From: a virus
Lineage: Duplodnaviria > Caudoviricetes
Direction: 5' to 3' (one strand)
DNA length: 33,901 bases
IMG/VR virus record: IMGVR_UViG_3300025635_000093
Coordinates: 1 to 33,901 of that record
Shown: piece after piece, positions 7,328-15,351 of the stretch
How the letters are laid out: each line of letters starts with the position of its first letter
Numbering within the stretch: position 1 is the stretch's first letter
Made by a program: the position numbers and the translations under genes
Notes under the pieces: generated by a model
Database searches by the model: none
What the model was told of the DNA's origin: nothing
The model's input: only the letters and a program-made list of their open reading frames with translations

Positions 7328-7476
7328 GTCCGATACGCCTTGCGAGTGTATCGGGCAAAAGACACAAGGCACTTAATAATTTGCATAGAAGTACTTTTAA
7401 TTAAAATCTGGCGAGTAACCGAGTATAGTACAAGACTTTACAAAGTTACCGATGTTTTATTTCTAAATACTTCTAT
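7328..7476 (-). ncRNA. Structured 5' leader or small RNA
   Basis: Starts at predicted TSS; stalk 7385-7396 with 7465-7476, second hairpin near 7328-7356. Confidence 0.45.
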
Positions 7477-7482
7477 AAATAC

Positions 7483-7535
7483 ATTATAGCGTGGTAGGCA
7501 TACCAGTGCAAATAAGTTATCCACAGGTATTCACA
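7483..7535 (-). promoter_or_regulatory. Sigma70 promoter with operator and DnaA boxes
   Basis: TTGCAC-17-TATAAT; palindrome TGGTAGGCATACCA 7492-7505 in spacer; TTATCCACA 7517-7525 and GTATTCACA 7527-7535. Confidence 0.8.
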
Positions 7536-7539
7536 GTTA

Positions 7540-7689
7540 CTAAAACGGAAATCTACTCATGTAATCATCTATCAATTCTCTTACTAATTCGCTTACTGAC
7601 TGCTTATTTCTCTTTGCTACCTTATTCAAGTATTTTATTTGAGCAGGTAGTAGTAAAGGTCTTAAATATTTATATTTCTTTGTTGCCAT
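7540..7689 (-). CDS. Ribbon-helix-helix (CopG/Arc-like) regulator, 49 aa
   Basis: MATKKYKYLRPLLLPAQIKYLNKVAKRNKQSVSELVRELIDDYMSRFPF; L..AK....SVSELVR..I..Y pattern. Confidence 0.75.
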   Translation of the reverse strand: MATKKYKYLRPLLLPAQIKYLNKVAKRNKQSVSELVRELIDDYMSRFPF

Positions 7690-8017
7690 GTTTATTTGAT
7701 ATTTTAATAAGTTCTATCCAATCTTCCGAGTTAATTACCATAAGCCAGTTTTTTTCTGGCATACCATCAAAGTGAATTGCTAATACAGGACTGTTGTGAG
7801 CAATACTGCTATCTCTTGCCACTTGCTTCCAAGCCTCTTTTAAGTTTATTTTTTTAACAGTTTTTACTTCAATTGTTAAGTCAAGATTATTTGCAATATC
7901 GCCTTTCCATACAGAGCCTCCTGACATACTATTTCTAAACGCCTTGATTCCATTCTCCATTAAGAAATGTGAAAAGTTATGTTCTCCTGCGTTTCCTTTC
8001 TTTTTTGCGTTTACCAT
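7670..8017 (-). CDS. Holliday junction resolvase (Hjc-like PD-(D/E)xK)
   Basis: KKKGNAGE..SGG..GD..IEVK. Confidence 0.8.
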   Translation of the reverse strand: MVNAKKKGNAGEHNFSHFLMENGIKAFRNSMSGGSVWKGDIANNLDLTIEVKTVKKINLKEAWKQVARDSSIAHNSPVLAIHFDGMPEKNWLMVINSEDWIELIKISNKHGNKEI

Positions 8018-8021
8018 GTTT

Positions 8022-8501
8022 TTAAAATTCTGTAATATTACCTTTTGGTTTTTCTAAATTTGAGTGTATTGTTTGTATATCAAACTCCTCTTTGTTATTA
8101 GCCTCTGGAATAATTATCCCCATAGGGGCAACCTCCGCTCTTATCCTCTCTATGTAATTTCCAAAATCTGCTTTACTTAATTCCGTAGTGCTTGCAGGTA
8201 CTTTAAATTCTTTACCCATTACCTTTTTAAATTCAGGTGGTAGGCAAACTCTCTTAAAGTACGCATGTAAGTCATTGACTGTATCACCATTATAATCTGA
8301 TATTGTTTTGTATACAACTCCCCATAGATAAGAGTTTTGGTCAAGACTTCTTTTGCTCTTTTCTTTTTCTATGGTTACAACATAACTACCTTTATATCCT
8401 TTTTCTTGATTATTTTGTAAGAATTTTGATAAAGCTAGTTTGTTATTAAAGTCTAGTTTTACTATTAACTCTTTTTCTGTTGCTTTAGCGTAAAATATCA
8501 T
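8022..8501 (-). CDS. NinB/Orf-like recombination accessory protein
   Basis: KRSLDQNSYLW..LHAYFK..STTELSKADFGNYIE. Confidence 0.7.
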   Translation of the reverse strand: MIFYAKATEKELIVKLDFNNKLALSKFLQNNQEKGYKGSYVVTIEKEKSKRSLDQNSYLWGVVYKTISDYNGDTVNDLHAYFKRVCLPPEFKKVMGKEFKVPASTTELSKADFGNYIERIRAEVAPMGIIIPEANNKEEFDIQTIHSNLEKPKGNITEF

Positions 8502-8518
8502 ACATATTACCTTATTTG

Positions 8519-8866
8519 CTAAAATGGAACATCATTTTCATCAGTGCTGTCTGTTTGTAAAATATTATCTGTTTCAGGCTTCTGTTCTTCTTTATTCTTA
8601 AACATTAAACCATCTCCAATTATTTTAGACTTAATCTTATTAGCCTTTTCCTCTTTTGTCTGTGTCTCTGCTATAAAATGAGTTTTATATAACTGATAAG
8701 TGTCACCATCTTTTATCAGCCTTGTTTCTTTTAATGGTACAAGTTCCAAATCTAATATTTTCTTTGTAATTGTTTCACCATCTTTTGTTGTAAATGTTTG
8801 TGTTATGATTTTTGTTTTATCAATCTTACTCACATCTAGCTTTAGTATTATTTTTTGATTTTGCAT
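8519..8866 (-). CDS. Single-stranded DNA-binding protein (putative)
   Basis: Acidic tail ending DENDVPF; lies in recombination module. Confidence 0.7.
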   Translation of the reverse strand: MQNQKIILKLDVSKIDKTKIITQTFTTKDGETITKKILDLELVPLKETRLIKDGDTYQLYKTHFIAETQTKEEKANKIKSKIIGDGLMFKNKEEQKPETDNILQTDSTDENDVPF

Positions 8867-9012
8867 TTTTGAATTTTTTTAACTTCTTTAATAAATCTTT
8901 TATACTCACTTATTTCATCTTCCGCCCATTTTATCAACTTATCAACTTCTTTCTTTGTCCTTAACTTACACATTTTCTGTGCATATTGTTCTGCTGTCTC
9001 GTCATATATCAT
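8848..9012 (-). CDS. Hypothetical protein (54 aa)
   Basis: MIYDETAEQYAQKMC..LIKWAEDEISEY; ATGA-coupled to exonuclease. Confidence 0.6.
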   Translation of the reverse strand: MIYDETAEQYAQKMCKLRTKKEVDKLIKWAEDEISEYKRFIKEVKKIQKCKIKK

Positions 9013-9638
9013 ATTATCTTTTCCAATGTATTATTTACTTCACTTATAAATTCTTCCACTTTTAATTTTGCCTCTGCTATCTGTATTTCATAATCCGACC
9101 TTTTAATTGTAATTATGAAAAACGGAATCTTACTAATGCGTGGGTCGTAGAATACAAAATCTCTTTCTTTCAAATCGTCATTTACTACAAATCCACTAAT
9201 CGCTTGTGCTACATATTCCTCTGGTATTTGCTGTGTAAGATATGTTTTTATATGTTTTGCACTTGATAGACATTTTACCTCAATGTCTTTTTCGTATATG
9301 CCGTTATTTTGCTCTATAAGAGCGTCTGGCGAATAGCCTAGCCATTTGTTATCTTTTCGTTTTACTAGTCCTATAAGCGAGATTTTTGCGTTTGTTTGTG
9401 TTTTATACTCCTTTATGGCTTCACTTTCTAGCCTTACGCCCCTATCCATAGCACTTTCATCAGAATTTGCCTCTGTGGATAGTCTTTCTGCTAGAATTTC
9501 ATAAAAGTAAGTTTCTCTAACTTTTGGAGTACCAATGACACTTTTTAATCCTGTGCCTGTTACCACTCCAAGTCTAGCACTATGCCAGTCTTCCGACCTT
9601 TGTTCTACATCAATAAGTTCAATATTATTTTTTGTCAT
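9009..9638 (-). CDS. YqaJ/lambda-exonuclease family protein
   Basis: EQRSEDWHSARLG, MDRGVRLE, YSPDAL, IEVKC. Confidence 0.9.
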   Translation of the reverse strand: MTKNNIELIDVEQRSEDWHSARLGVVTGTGLKSVIGTPKVRETYFYEILAERLSTEANSDESAMDRGVRLESEAIKEYKTQTNAKISLIGLVKRKDNKWLGYSPDALIEQNNGIYEKDIEVKCLSSAKHIKTYLTQQIPEEYVAQAISGFVVNDDLKERDFVFYDPRISKIPFFIITIKRSDYEIQIAEAKLKVEEFISEVNNTLEKII

Positions 9639-10320
9639 TGTATTTTTGCATGTTAAACTCGTAACTAGCTTTTACATCTAAATTATCCCTTTCCGACTGA
9701 CTTAACTCCAACCAGATTTTTCTTAATTCTTGTTTACTTTTTGAATTTTCAATTTGTTCAATAATATCTAATATTTTAGTTGTTTCTATTTGAGCATGTA
9801 GTCTATCTGCATAAACTATAAAGTCTTTTCTGTTTAAGTCTTTTCCAAATATTCTACCAAACTTTTCTGCTGCGTCTTTTATTGCGTAGCTTTCTGCCGC
9901 AGGTGTTCCTATTTGTATTGCACTTGAGTTCATCTTTTCAAAATTTGTAGCACCTTGTCCTTTTTGTACTTGTATTGGCATTGCACCAACTCCATCTTGG
10001 TAATCCATATTTCCTGTAATAGGATTTTGTACAGAAAGTCTTACTGTCACTACCACACTGTTTGCGATTAGCTGTACTGATTTTATTTCAACACTCCACT
10101 TTGAAAAAATCATTGTCAAAAGATATTCAACCCTTTCAATCGGGAGATATTTTAAATTCTTTACAAAGGGGTGTGTCTTTACCCATTCAGTTTTTGGCTC
10201 ACTGTTTAATATTATATTAAGTTTGTTTTGCTTAATAATTTCTATCTTATCATTATAAATTTCTTGTATTGTTGGAAGTAAGTTAGCTGTTTTTTGTTTT
10301 ACTACTGCTATTTTTTTCAT
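9625..10320 (-). CDS. Rad52/Sak-like single-strand annealing protein
   Basis: YLPIERV..QDGVG..AESYAIKDAAEKFG..GKDL; adjacent to exonuclease. Confidence 0.75.
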   Translation of the reverse strand: MKKIAVVKQKTANLLPTIQEIYNDKIEIIKQNKLNIILNSEPKTEWVKTHPFVKNLKYLPIERVEYLLTMIFSKWSVEIKSVQLIANSVVVTVRLSVQNPITGNMDYQDGVGAMPIQVQKGQGATNFEKMNSSAIQIGTPAAESYAIKDAAEKFGRIFGKDLNRKDFIVYADRLHAQIETTKILDIIEQIENSKSKQELRKIWLELSQSERDNLDVKASYEFNMQKYNDKK

Positions 10321-10525
10321 AATCTTTATTTATAATTGATTTTGTAATTGACCTTTTTGTATCTATTTTGATTTGTTGTCTTTTAGCTTCAAAAAGTAGA
10401 TGTTTTATTTTTAATGGTTTTTTGGAATAACGAAATAAATTTACATCAAATGATTTCTGTACTAATACTGTTTCTTCATCGTTGAGTATAAATACATATA
10501 TTTTGTGTTTCTTTCGGCTTAACAT
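10283..10525 (-). CDS. Hypothetical protein
   Basis: 80-aa ORF overlapping both neighbours. Confidence 0.5.
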   Translation of the reverse strand: MLSRKKHKIYVFILNDEETVLVQKSFDVNLFRYSKKPLKIKHLLFEAKRQQIKIDTKRSITKSIINKDYEKNSSSKTKNS

Positions 10526-10695
10526 GTGGTTATACTATCTTCTAATAATTCTTGCTGTTTCATTCTTAGTGCTTGGCTCGCCCTTAGAAGTCTATACCTA
10601 CATTTCTGCAACTTTGCTTTAATGAGGTGTTCTTCTGCACAAACACTAATATGTTCCTTTACTGCTTCACTATATTCTTTTATTTCTTTATCCAT
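10519..10695 (-). CDS. Hypothetical protein (58 aa), leaderless
   Basis: MDKEIKEYSEAVKEH..; ATG 6 nt after -10. Confidence 0.6.
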   Translation of the reverse strand: MDKEIKEYSEAVKEHISVCAEEHLIKAKLQKCRYRLLRASQALRMKQQELLEDSITTC

Positions 10696-10701
10696 GTGTA
10701 T

Positions 10702-10746
10702 ACAATAGCATGAGTAGGCTTACTTACAAAGTAAAACTGTGGATAA
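10702..10746 (-). promoter_or_regulatory. Promoter with operator and DnaA box
   Basis: TGcTATTGT -10 (10702-10710), AGTAGGCTTACT 10713-10724, TTATCCACA on - strand 10738-10746. Confidence 0.7.
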
Positions 10747-10747
10747 G

Positions 10748-11101
10748 TTATTTCAGTAATTTAATTTCTGATAGTGGGATATTTGTCTTTTCTGGAAAAT
10801 TTATTGCAGTATCTTTAGCCAAGTAAAGAATGTCTCGTATTTCTTTGTCTATCCCTTTTTGCTTCAGTTGGTTAAAATCATCTCCATCTAGTTGGTGGTC
10901 GTCATTCCATCCCATCGTTGCATTATAATCAGGTTCTATCCCTTGAATGCTACTACCTAATAAAGCAACTCCATTACTAAATACTCCTCTTTGGTCTGGA
11001 TTTAAGAATAAATAGTAAGCTTTATGAGCTTCATCAGCGTTTATTGTGTAATGTTGGTCTTTTCTAAAACCTGTTATAAGTTTAATTTTAAATTTATTCA
11101 T
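10748..11101 (-). CDS. Hypothetical protein coupled to replication initiator
   Basis: 117 aa, ATGA overlap; occupies the lambda-P position but has no recognisable motif. Confidence 0.7.
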   Translation of the reverse strand: MNKFKIKLITGFRKDQHYTINADEAHKAYYLFLNPDQRGVFSNGVALLGSSIQGIEPDYNATMGWNDDHQLDGDDFNQLKQKGIDKEIRDILYLAKDTAINFPEKTNIPLSEIKLLK

Positions 11102-11829
11102 GTGAATGCTATTTTTGGTTTCTTCTCTTTAATAATATTTTTATTCTGTTCTATAAATGCTAGTAACTTTCCTAAATTCTTTTCTAGTTCATACGGGGTA
11201 GTAATTCTTGGGGCATAGGGCTTGGTAATAATTTCTTGTAAAGCATTTGCTGTAGAAATCATTTTATCTAGCGAGTACTTCTGAATTAGTCTTACTGACG
11301 CTTTAATTTCTGTGGTATTACCAAATAACCTCTGATACGAAGGATTTACTTCTTTAAAGGAATTAATAAACAAACTAACATCCTGCGGACGCAGTCCGCC
11401 GTATATATCTATTGTATTAGTTTCTTTGTTTCTATTGTTAGTATGCGTTTGACTACTACTTTTGGTAGTCGTTTGACTACTGGGTAGTATGCGTTTGACT
11501 ACTGGGGGTAGTCGTTTGACTACTACCCACTCATCGTAATTCTGATTAAATTTATAGCTATTTTCTTTCTTTAGTAGTATGCGTTTGACTACTAACGATT
11601 TAAGCGATTTAGCCACATTACCATGCTTCATAGTAGTAAGCTTCTCAAATTGAGATAGAGAAATCCAGTCCCAATCCTTGTGTCTGTCACCATCTTTCCA
11701 TCCCCAAGTCTTACGCCAAACAACCCATACTATTCTCATTTCTGAACTAGGAATACTAAGTGTTGCAAACTTTTCTACTAGTTCTGTCGCGATTGATACA
11801 TAACCATTTTTTAATGCTGGATTAGCCAT
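11098..11829 (-). CDS. Replication initiator, lambda O-like N-terminal wHTH
   Basis: MANP..NGYVSIA..RKTWGW..DWISLSQF; internal iterons; ATG 11829 preferred to 11913. Confidence 0.85.
   Translation of the reverse strand: MANPALKNGYVSIATELVEKFATLSIPSSEMRIVWVVWRKTWGWKDGDRHKDWDWISLSQFEKLTTMKHGNVAKSLKSLVVKRILLKKENSYKFNQNYDEWVVVKRLPPVVKRILPSSQTTTKSSSQTHTNNRNKETNTIDIYGGLRPQDVSLFINSFKEVNPSYQRLFGNTTEIKASVRLIQKYSLDKMISTANALQEIITKPYAPRITTPYELEKNLGKLLAFIEQNKNIIKEKKPKIAFT
11439..11593. repeat. Replication origin iterons (5 copies)
   Basis: CGTTTGACTACT at 11446, 11470, 11492, 11513, 11582, flanked by AT-rich tracts, inside initiator gene. Confidence 0.85.
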
Positions 11830-11977
11830 GACATTCTTTATTAGTTGATTGTTCTGGCGGAGATATCTTTTTTGTCTCAAACCAATATAATCTATTACAG
11901 TGTATACATTCATAGACTAGAAAGCCTAATTCCTTTTCTATTAAAAGCGGTAACAAAACATGTTCTTTTATTTTCAT
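11822..11977 (-). CDS. 51-aa protein with CxxC, first gene after hairpin RNA
   Basis: MKIKEHV..YECIHCNRLYW; stop overlaps initiator start. Confidence 0.55.
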   Translation of the reverse strand: MKIKEHVLLPLLIEKELGFLVYECIHCNRLYWFETKKISPPEQSTNKECHG

Positions 11978-11987
11978 ATATTTTATA

Positions 11988-12052
11988 GGCAAAAGGTAGC
12001 AGTACACTGGAACTCCCCGACTAAAGGGAATGATGTACTACTACCTGCTGCC
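11988..12052 (-). ncRNA. Candidate CI/C4-like antisense regulatory RNA
   Basis: 13-bp stalk plus basal stem, 8-nt loop and 6-7-nt bulge complementary to leader sites 12074-12080 and 12087-12092. Confidence 0.6.
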
Positions 12053-12100
12053 AACAAAATTATTAAGTTGTTATTAGTCGTATTGTGTTCCATACATAGT

Positions 12101-12182
12101 ATTATACCTCATTTAAAAATAAATCAAGCAAAATAGTTATCCACACCCCCTCACTATACAAGTAAGCATACTAGTGTATACT
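12101..12182. promoter_or_regulatory. Divergent promoters with DnaA box and operator
   Basis: - strand TATAAT 12101-12106; TTATCCACA 12137-12145; AGTAAGCATACT 12161-12172; + strand TATACT 12177-12182. Confidence 0.7.
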
Positions 12183-12215
12183 TATAGCAGGGTTAGAAAT
12201 AAAAAAATAAAACAT

Positions 12216-12704
12216 ATGAAATATACAAAAGTGTTCTTTGGAGATAAGAGATTAAAAGATGTGGTTGTAGGAGCTACAAAGTGGCAGGTATTCAAATACA
12301 GGTTTGTTAAGATGGTTAGAAAGGTTGCAATAGCCTCTTTCATTATAGGGTTAGTTTATGGTTCATTTCATTTAGGTAGAAAAACTACTCAACCAGAGGT
12401 AGTATTTGCAGATAGAGAGGTTATGGTTGAAGTTGAAAAGGAGTCGCCAGTACTTAAGAGAATAGCGGTATGTGAAAGTGGTGGTAGTCACTATAACAAA
12501 GATGGACAAGTTATAATGAGAGCTAATACAAACGGAACTGTTGATACAGGCAAGTTTCAAATCAATTCTGTATGGAATAAAAAGGCAGGCGAAATGAAAT
12601 TAGATTTAACAAAGGAGGCTGATAATGAAACATTTGCTAAGTGGCTATACGCTAATAAGGGTACAGAGCCGTGGTATTCATCAAAGACATGTTGGAATAA
12701 GTAA
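12216..12704 (+). CDS. Membrane-anchored lysozyme-fold lytic transglycosylase (SLT-like)
   Basis: TM helix, then IAVCESGG..DTGKFQIN..W..N..A.WLY..G.EPW. Confidence 0.8.
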   Translation: MKYTKVFFGDKRLKDVVVGATKWQVFKYRFVKMVRKVAIASFIIGLVYGSFHLGRKTTQPEVVFADREVMVEVEKESPVLKRIAVCESGGSHYNKDGQVIMRANTNGTVDTGKFQINSVWNKKAGEMKLDLTKEADNETFAKWLYANKGTEPWYSSKTCWNK

Positions 12705-12713
12705 GTTACACCT

Positions 12714-12737
12714 AAGCCCGAAAGGGCTTTTTTGTTT
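12714..12737 (+). terminator. Intrinsic terminator
   Basis: AAGCCC-GAAA-GGGCTT followed by T tract. Confidence 0.85.
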
Positions 12738-12763
12738 ACAAAAATACTAATAGGTTATATAAT
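12735..12763 (+). promoter_or_regulatory. Sigma70 promoter
   Basis: TTTACA-17-TATAAT. Confidence 0.7.
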
Positions 12764-12806
12764 ATAAAGATAAAAATGCTAACGGTCGATTCTAAAAGCT
12801 AAATAA

Positions 12807-12935
12807 ATGACAATCATTATTGATAACTTTGAAAAGAAATGTGGGTTATGCAGTAAAGTTGATAAACAATACAACTGGAGTTGGAAATTAAGAATTTGGT
12901 TGTGTAATAAATGTTTTAGAAAACAAGAGAAATGA
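12807..12935 (+). CDS. 42-aa Zn-finger microprotein
   Basis: KCGLC..WLCNKCF; ATGA-coupled to next gene. Confidence 0.6.
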   Translation: MTIIIDNFEKKCGLCSKVDKQYNWSWKLRIWLCNKCFRKQEK

Positions 12936-13345
12936 AAATATCTAAACAATACCCTCCAAACTATACTCACATAATCTCAGTCTTTCCTAATCTATCAACA
13001 AGTAAACCAATATTCACTTATGGAGATACACTTTACAATCCATTTGAGATAGATGTAACACCAGATTTAGAAGTACATGAACAAGTACATACAAAACAGC
13101 AAAGTCTAACACCAGAGATATGGTGGAAAATGTATTTAGAAAATAAAGACTTTAGATTGACACAGGAATTAGAAGCATACGGAGAGCAGTATAAGTTCAT
13201 ACTAAAGCACATAACACAGTACAAGATGAAAGATTGGGTATTGGATAATATGGCGAGTGCTTTATCAGGTGAATTATATGGGAATTTATTAACATTTGGT
13301 CAAGCAAGAAGTAAAATAAGAAATTATGCTAAAAGTGTGGTATAA
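12932..13345 (+). CDS. HExxH metallopeptidase-like phage protein
   Basis: VHEQVHTKQQ..RLTQELEAY. Confidence 0.65.
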   Translation: MKISKQYPPNYTHIISVFPNLSTSKPIFTYGDTLYNPFEIDVTPDLEVHEQVHTKQQSLTPEIWWKMYLENKDFRLTQELEAYGEQYKFILKHITQYKMKDWVLDNMASALSGELYGNLLTFGQARSKIRNYAKSVV

Positions 13346-13346
13346 T
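13338..13346 (+). promoter_or_regulatory. Extended -10 promoter for packaging operon
   Basis: TGGTATAAT overlapping upstream stop. Confidence 0.55.
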
Positions 13347-13374
13347 AAACACATTAGTAAATAATCTAAATCAC

Positions 13375-13536
13375 ATGTTAAAATCAGGTAAAAAGAATAT
13401 AGGTAAAAACATAAGAGAACTAAGAGCAGACAATAAGAAAAAAGGTAATGCTAGAGGTGCTAATGGAAAAGTAAGAAGTAAGGCTCAAATACTAGCTATT
13501 GCACTTTCTAAGGCATATCCAAAGAGGAAAAAGTAG
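13375..13536 (+). CDS. 53-aa basic protein (DUF6496-like)
   Basis: MLKSGKKNIGKNIREL..SKAQILAIALSKA; this type of motif is common near terminase/head genes. Confidence 0.65.
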   Translation: MLKSGKKNIGKNIRELRADNKKKGNARGANGKVRSKAQILAIALSKAYPKRKK

Positions 13537-13565
13537 TAAATAAAAAACCTAAAAAACCTAATTAT

Positions 13566-13832
13566 ATGGCTGGAATAGCTTCTAAAATAAATGGAAAAAG
13601 TGGAGGTAGACCAAAAGGGGCAACATCAAAGCCTAAGTTTTCTGATTATATGTCAGAGGAACAGGCAGAAATACTTGTAAAAAAAGCAATTGAAATGGCA
13701 AATAATGGAAACGAGACTATGTTGAAATTTGTAATTGAACAGAGATTTGGTAAAGCAGTACAGACAGTAGCAGGTGATGTTGAAAATCCTTTAGTAGTTA
13801 AGATAAGCGGAATGAAGATAATAAAGCAATAA
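13566..13832 (+). CDS. terS: Terminase small subunit (putative)
   Basis: NGKSGGRPKG motif, abuts TerL. Confidence 0.7.
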   Translation: MAGIASKINGKSGGRPKGATSKPKFSDYMSEEQAEILVKKAIEMANNGNETMLKFVIEQRFGKAVQTVAGDVENPLVVKISGMKIIKQ

Positions 13833-15283
13833 TGGAATTAGAGTTCAGAACTAAAAACGATAAGCAGTTACAAGCATGTGAATATTGGATTGATGAGGTG
13901 AGTGAACAGATATTATTCGGAGGAGGAAAGGGAGGCGGTAAATCTTATCTAGGCTGCTCTCTGATATTTGGTGACGCACTAATCTATCCAGACACACATT
14001 ACTTTATTGCAAGAGGAGAGCTAACAGACTTGAGAAAGTTTACTATACCCTCTATTCATGAAGTGTTTAAGAACTGGGGATTAAATATAGATGACTATGC
14101 GACATTTGATGGACAGTACAATATTTTTAATTTAAAGAATGGCTCAAAGGTATTTTTGATTGCTTGTAAGGAATTACCAAGCGACCCTTTGTTTGAAAGA
14201 TTTGGCTCTATGCAGATGACTAGAGGTTGGATTGAGGAGGCTGGAGAGGTTGCAGAGTCAGCTAAAGCTAACCTATGGCTATCAGTAGGTCGTTGGAAAA
14301 ATGATGTATACAATTTAAAAAAGAAACTATTCATTACTGCAAATCCAAAGAAAAACTGGATGAAAAGGGATTTTATAGATTTATGGAAAGATAACAGACT
14401 ACCACCATCAAGAAAGTTTATTCAATCGCTAGCTACCGATAATCCATATCTACCACAGGATTATATAAATACACTTTCACAAGAGAAAGACCAAGTAAGA
14501 AGACAAAGACTATTTCTAGGTGATTGGGATTATGAGGAGGATAAAGACTCTTTGATAAACTCAGACGCTTTATCAGACGCTTTTAGTAATTCAATCATAA
14601 AAGATGGTCAGAAATACATTACAGCCGATGTAGCAAGATTTGGAGATGACTCTACTGTCATAGCTTTTTGGGATGGATTAGAGTTATACAAGATAGAAAG
14701 ATATCAAAAGCAAGCTATTACAGTTACGCTACAAAAGCTAAAGGACTTGGCTAGTGCAGAGAAAATACCGTATTCAAATATACTGATTGATGAAGATGGA
14801 ATTGGCGGTGGTGTACTTGATGGTATGTTTGGGGCTAAAGGCTTTGTAGCTAACTCTACAGCCCTTCCTACAGCCTCACAGATACAGGATAAATTGAGTA
14901 GAACAGATAACTATTTAATACCAAAGATAAACTTTGCTAATTTAAAGTCGCAATGTGCGTATAAGTTAGCAGAGTTGATAAACGAACATAAGATACGCTT
15001 TGATGTAATTGATTACCGAGAAGCGATAATAGAGGATGTATCGGCACTATTGAGAAAAAAAAGTGTTGATAGCGACGGTAAATTAACTATAAAGCCAAAA
15101 GAGGATGTTAAAAAGGATTTAGGAAGGTCGCCAGACATAGGAGATGTTATTATTTACAGGGCATGGTTTGAATTAAGAAAAGATACTTTGGTAATTACAT
15201 CACAGGATAAGACAATAATTCTTAAACAAAACGAAAGGTTTATGGCAAACAAAAATAACTTTAGTAAGAATGAAGCACAATAA
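13832..15283 (+). CDS. terL: Terminase large subunit
   Basis: Walker A GGGKGGGKS, WIEEAGE, TANP, nuclease motifs DVARFGDD and SPDIGD. Confidence 0.95.
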   Translation: MELEFRTKNDKQLQACEYWIDEVSEQILFGGGKGGGKSYLGCSLIFGDALIYPDTHYFIARGELTDLRKFTIPSIHEVFKNWGLNIDDYATFDGQYNIFNLKNGSKVFLIACKELPSDPLFERFGSMQMTRGWIEEAGEVAESAKANLWLSVGRWKNDVYNLKKKLFITANPKKNWMKRDFIDLWKDNRLPPSRKFIQSLATDNPYLPQDYINTLSQEKDQVRRQRLFLGDWDYEEDKDSLINSDALSDAFSNSIIKDGQKYITADVARFGDDSTVIAFWDGLELYKIERYQKQAITVTLQKLKDLASAEKIPYSNILIDEDGIGGGVLDGMFGAKGFVANSTALPTASQIQDKLSRTDNYLIPKINFANLKSQCAYKLAELINEHKIRFDVIDYREAIIEDVSALLRKKSVDSDGKLTIKPKEDVKKDLGRSPDIGDVIIYRAWFELRKDTLVITSQDKTIILKQNERFMANKNNFSKNEAQ

Positions 15284-15294
15284 CAAACTTGACA

Positions 15295-15322
15295 TTGCAT
15301 TAAAAAGTCTATGGTGTATAAT
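15295..15322 (+). promoter_or_regulatory. Sigma70 promoter for head genes
   Basis: TTGCAT-16-TATAAT, with a TTGACA immediately upstream. Confidence 0.55.
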
Positions 15323-15351
15323 TTAATAATTAAAAGAATTCTAAAATAAAA

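Noticed and set aside
11439-11593. CRISPR mini-array
   Set aside because: Repeats are 12-19 bp with spacers of only a few bases, inside an initiator gene; these are iterons
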